64,000 nt of DNA, from contig JBLYPS010000001.1 of the NCBI GenBank assembly GCA_048539495.1, positions 82,038 through 146,037 of the forward strand. The letters run 5' to 3'. Below are positions 60,653 to 64,000 of the stretch, piece after piece. The position numbers and the translations under genes were made by a program. Source of the stretch: Dehalococcoidia bacterium (GTDB taxonomy: Bacteria; Chloroflexota; Dehalococcoidia; SZUA-161; SpSt-899). The number at the start of each line of letters is the position of its first letter. Position 1 is the first letter of the stretch. The notes below the pieces were generated by a model. That model was not told the DNA's origin. It did no database searches and saw only the letters and a program-made list of their open reading frames with translations.

Positions 60653-62251
60653 TACCCGCTTCAGCCTGGGGTTGGGGGTGATACCGGGGATTCTGCCTCG
60701 CTTGGCGATGGGCTTACCTTCAACCTCGTGCAGATCGGCGGTGAAATTGATCGGCCTGGTATCGCTGATATAGCTTCCCACGGCAAAGGTATCGACCGGT
60801 GCCCCACTGTCCAGGAAGTATCTGATTCGCTCCGGGTCGATGCCCCCGCTGACGTATATCCTGACATCCTTGAAACCGGCAAGGTCAAGCCTGGCCCTGG
60901 TCTCCTTTACCAGATCGGCGGTGACCCGGCCTCTTTCGGAAGGCGTATCGAGCCTTATCCCCTGCAGCCTTCCACCCATTGCCCGGGCTACGATGATGCT
61001 CTCCTCGGGCTCGTCGCGGAAGGTATCTACCAAGGCAATGCGGGGTACCTCCGGGGGCATGTGCTTGTCAAAAGCGAGGGTGGCCCTGGCGGTGTCACCC
61101 ATGACTATGATCAGGGCGTGAGGCATGGTGCCCATCGGCTCCTGTCCGGCAAGCTTAGCGCCGGCTGTAGAGGCACAGCCGCCACATCCCCCGACGATGG
61201 CAGCGTACTCCATTACCCCAACTACCGAGGGGTGAACATGGCGAGCACCAAAGCTGATGACCGGGATTCCCTGGGCCGCTTGCACGCACTCCCGAGCAGC
61301 AGTGGCCCAGCCGCTGCAATGCGCCAGAATACCCAGATAGACGGTCTCATATATGGCATAAGATTGATAGGGCGCAGTTATGCGCAACACCACTTCTTTT
61401 TTCTGGAAGGAGTCTCCCTCAGAGAGAGCCCATACCTCGATGGGGTCTGAAGTCTGGAGTCTGGAGTCTGGAATCCCCCTCCCCTCGACTCTTGACTCTT
61501 GACTCTTGACTCTTGACTCTTGACCGGTAAGCACCCGGGAAAGCAGGTCGAGAACTTCATGCATGCCGCAGAGGATACCCTCACTCCTGGGAAAGACCTC
61601 CATGGTGGCAACCGGATTGAGTCCCTCGCGCTTGAGGATTTCTTTGGTGCGCACAAAGTAGATGTCGGTGGTCTCGCCGGAGAGGACGGACTCCGCGACC
61701 GTAAAGTGAGGACGGGGGATTTCCAGTGGCGTCGGCGGGATGAGTTTGGCGCCGAGGATTCTTTCCATGTGATCGAGGGCGAAACGGTGTGCTTGTTGAT
61801 CCATAGAGGCCACGCAGTCGGTGGGAACTTCGACCGTGTAGCCGCGGTTTCTGGCATCGGCGACGGTATGCAGAACGCAGATGTTGGTGCAAACGCCGCA
61901 GACGATGAGCTTCTCCGGTGCCAGCTCCTTTAGTTTCCCTTCGAGCGCGCTCTCGAAGAAACCGCTGAATCGATTCTTGGGGATGATCTCGCCGGGAATC
62001 GCAGCCAGCTCGGGGATGACCTCGGCTTCTCCTGTTCCGGCGATGCAGTGGGGAGGGAACATCTCGAATTCGAGGTCGTCCGGGGTATGATTATCGCAGA
62101 TAAAGAAAACCCTGGACCCCTGAGATAATTCTTGTTCTAACCGTCTCTTAACATTCGGAATGATATTGCGTGCTAAATCGCCACAATAAAGGGGGTATCC
62201 TTTCTCCAGGAAGCCCCTTAGCATGTCTATCACAAGCACTGCAGTAGTCAT
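60647..62251 (-). CDS. pncA-pncB: nicotinamidase (isochorismatase-fold, PncA) fused to nicotinate phosphoribosyltransferase (PncB)
   Basis: N-terminus: AVLVIDMLRGF...KLIVCGVCTNICVLHT (catalytic Cys) ..YTVEV. C-terminus: NAPRTase-like (...GTMPHALII...YVSGGID...). The two are joined by a linker encoded by element 61447..61524 ([24 protein letters not shown]). Confidence 0.8.
   Translation of the reverse strand: MTTAVLVIDMLRGFLEKGYPLYCGDLARNIIPNVKRRLEQELSQGSRVFFICDNHTPDDLEFEMFPPHCIAGTGEAEVIPELAAIPGEIIPKNRFSGFFESALEGKLKELAPEKLIVCGVCTNICVLHTVADARNRGYTVEVPTDCVASMDQQAHRFALDHMERILGAKLIPPTPLEIPRPHFTVAESVLSGETTDIYFVRTKEILKREGLNPVATMEVFPRSEGILCGMHEVLDLLSRVLTGQESRVKSQESRVEGRGIPDSRLQTSDPIEVWALSEGDSFQKKEVVLRITAPYQSYAIYETVYLGILAHCSGWATAARECVQAAQGIPVISFGARHVHPSVVGVMEYAAIVGGCGGCASTAGAKLAGQEPMGTMPHALIIVMGDTARATLAFDKHMPPEVPRIALVDTFRDEPEESIIVARAMGGRLQGIRLDTPSERGRVTADLVKETRARLDLAGFKDVRIYVSGGIDPERIRYFLDSGAPVDTFAVGSYISDTRPINFTADLHEVEGKPIAKRGRIPGITPNPRLKRVL
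61447..61524. repeat. heptamer-armed element (reverse orientation) inside pncA-pncB: (AGTCTGG)x3, core aatccccctcccc, (TCGACTC/TTGACTC)x6
   Basis: Read directly. In frame on the minus strand. Confidence 0.85.
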
Positions 62252-62334
62252 ATCGTGCCTTTGGCTAGCGTGTAGCCCCACCCTCCCTACACGCTATACG
62301 CTATACGCTAACGTGCGCTACACGCTAATCTAGC

Positions 62335-63576
62335 CTACTGGTCGATCCCGGGGGTCGGGAACCGGCGATTCATCTCCTCGACCTCCAGGCGCACCTCTCG
62401 ATATAGTTTTTCGTCGCCGATATGGGAGATTACCCTAACGATAAGATGAGCTATCTTTGTCATTTCTTCAGTGCCAAATCCGCGGGAGGTAAGTGCCGGG
62501 GTGCCCAGTCTGATCCCGCTGGTGATACTGGGGGGGCTGGGATCGAAGGGGATAGCATTCTTGTTCACCGTTATATTTACCTGACCCAAAGCCGATTCAG
62601 CCGCTTTCCCCGTTATGCCGGTAGGGGTGAGGTCAATGAGGACACGATGGTTATCGGTTCCCCCGGTGACCAGGCGCAGCCCTTCAGCGATCAGTGTATC
62701 TGCCAGGACCCTGGCATTTTCCAGTACCGCTTGTTGGTAAGCAATGAACCGCGGTTGTTTGGCTTCATGAAAGGCCACTGCCTTGGCAGCGATGACGTGC
62801 ATCATAGGACCTCCCTGAAGACCGGGGAATACCGAGCGATCTATCGAGGTGCCGTAGTTCGCCCGGCAGAGGATCAGTCCGCCACGGGGCCCACGCAGGC
62901 TCTTGTGGGTGGTGGCGGTAGCCACATCGGCGTAAGGGATTGGACTGGGATGAACCCCCGCGGCGATCAAACCGGCTTCATGAGCCATGTCCACCAGCAG
63001 TCTGGCATTGACATGGTCAGCAATCTGGCGGAATCGCTCGTAATCCAGTATTCGGGGGTAGGAACTCGACCCCACCACGATCAGCCGGGGCATATTTTTG
63101 ATGGCGACCTTCTCCACCTCGTCATAATCCAGTCGTCCTGTTTCCCTGTCGATGCCATAGAAAACGGGCCGGTAGAACCTTCCGGAGAAGCTGACCCGAC
63201 TGCCATGGGTGAGATGTCCCCCCTGGTCCAATCCCATGCCCATTATGGCATCGCCGTAGTCAACCAGTGTCATATAGGCCGCCATATTGGCTATTGAGCC
63301 GCTGTATGGCTGGACATTGGCGTACTCAGCCGCGAAGAGCGCCTTTGCTCGGTCAAGGGCTATTTCCTCCGCCCGATCGGCATTCTGGCAGCCACCGTAG
63401 TAGCGTTTGCCGGGATATCCCTCGGCGTATTTATTGGTCAGCACCGATCCTTGAGCTTCGAGAACAGCCTTACTGGAGTAGTTCTCGGAAGCAATAAGGT
63501 TAATGCTGCTACATTGTCGTTTCTCCTCCTCTACAATGATGCCTGCTATTTGGGGGTCGATCTTGATTAGTGACAT
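62335..63576 (-). CDS. glyA: serine hydroxymethyltransferase
   Basis: [21 protein letters not shown] (PLP-Lys). 413 aa. Flanked on both sides by CGTGTAG/CTACACG-type heptamer elements (62262..62334 and 63583..63657). Confidence 0.95.
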   Translation of the reverse strand: MSLIKIDPQIAGIIVEEEKRQCSSINLIASENYSSKAVLEAQGSVLTNKYAEGYPGKRYYGGCQNADRAEEIALDRAKALFAAEYANVQPYSGSIANMAAYMTLVDYGDAIMGMGLDQGGHLTHGSRVSFSGRFYRPVFYGIDRETGRLDYDEVEKVAIKNMPRLIVVGSSSYPRILDYERFRQIADHVNARLLVDMAHEAGLIAAGVHPSPIPYADVATATTHKSLRGPRGGLILCRANYGTSIDRSVFPGLQGGPMMHVIAAKAVAFHEAKQPRFIAYQQAVLENARVLADTLIAEGLRLVTGGTDNHRVLIDLTPTGITGKAAESALGQVNITVNKNAIPFDPSPPSITSGIRLGTPALTSRGFGTEEMTKIAHLIVRVISHIGDEKLYREVRLEVEEMNRRFPTPGIDQ

Positions 63577-63657
63577 CGATGTCTCCTCGGGTAGCGTGTA
63601 GTTAGGTAGCGGGTAGCCTCCCCACTCCCCTGCACGCTACACGCTATGCGCTACACG

Positions 63658-64000
63658 CTACTTAAGCAGCTTCTCGGTAACCTTGCGGAAATGGAGGCCA
63701 TATATAGCCATGGTGATAGCTTCCGGGAATGCACGGCGATACTTCAACAAGGCATTGATCACCAGCTTCCAGTAATACCTTCTCGATTCCCCCACGATGC
63801 CCAGATACCACACTGATTTGAGAAAGCTCTTCAAGGAGGTAAGGGTCAAGGTAAGACTGACCCTCCGCCTCCTCCTTACAGGCTTGTATTCCTCAAGGAA
63901 GGTGATAATTCGCTCATAGTATTTCTTGGGGGAATAGATCGTCTGCATTATCTTCTGGTATCCCTTTATAAGGGTTGCGGCATCCATCTTGGGAACGAAA
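63658..64000 (-). CDS. C-terminal DUF4070-like domain of a B12-binding radical SAM protein (5' part beyond window)
   Basis: ...YSPKKYYERIITFLEEYKP.. matches the DUF4070 tail of class-B radical SAM enzymes. The frame is open to the window end. Confidence 0.45.
   Translation of the reverse strand, partial: FVPKMDAATLIKGYQKIMQTIYSPKKYYERIITFLEEYKPVRRRRRVSLTLTLTSLKSFLKSVWYLGIVGESRRYYWKLVINALLKYRRAFPEAITMAIYGLHFRKVTEKLLK

Overview
This is a 64-kb chromosomal window from a moderately GC-rich bacterium (about 55-58% GC by eye). Gene content fits an anaerobic Chloroflexota/Dehalococcoidia-like genome, but that is inference only. The genes present are a B12 salvage cluster (cobO, cobD, cbiB, cbiA plus a btuFCD-like ABC importer) behind a cobalamin riboswitch, the B12-dependent queG, an archaeal-type PEP carboxylase and selA. 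Most of the window is housekeeping: alaS, ruvX, aroE, aroC, tRNA-His, uvrB, purK-purE, tsaC, carA, carB, ilvD, thiL, tsaE, tsaB, pncA-pncB and glyA.

Accessory content:
- an IS607-family element (tnpA serine recombinase plus tnpB) inserted directly upstream of purK;
- a decayed IS21-family element with recognisable terminal inverted repeats;
- a REP-associated tyrosine transposase (RAYT) flanked by GTAG-headed REP hairpins;
- a 2.9-kb AT-rich R-M-like island (beta-class N6/N4 MTase plus two PD-(D/E)XK proteins);
- an island with a 1202-aa Type IIG-like restriction-modification fusion enzyme.

The most unusual signal is a family of more than 20 palindromic mini-elements. Each has two inverted arms of 3-6 tandem heptamer repeats (for example GAGTCNN ... 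NNGACTC) around a G/C-rich core or a REP hairpin. They sit in intergenic DNA and also in frame inside alaS, purK-purE, tsaC (twice), carA, carB (three or four times), at the ilvD start and in pncA-pncB. Inside genes they encode linker peptides of the type [25 protein letters not shown] and appear to bridge two gene fusions. In carB one copy coincides with a +/-1 frameshift that splits the gene.
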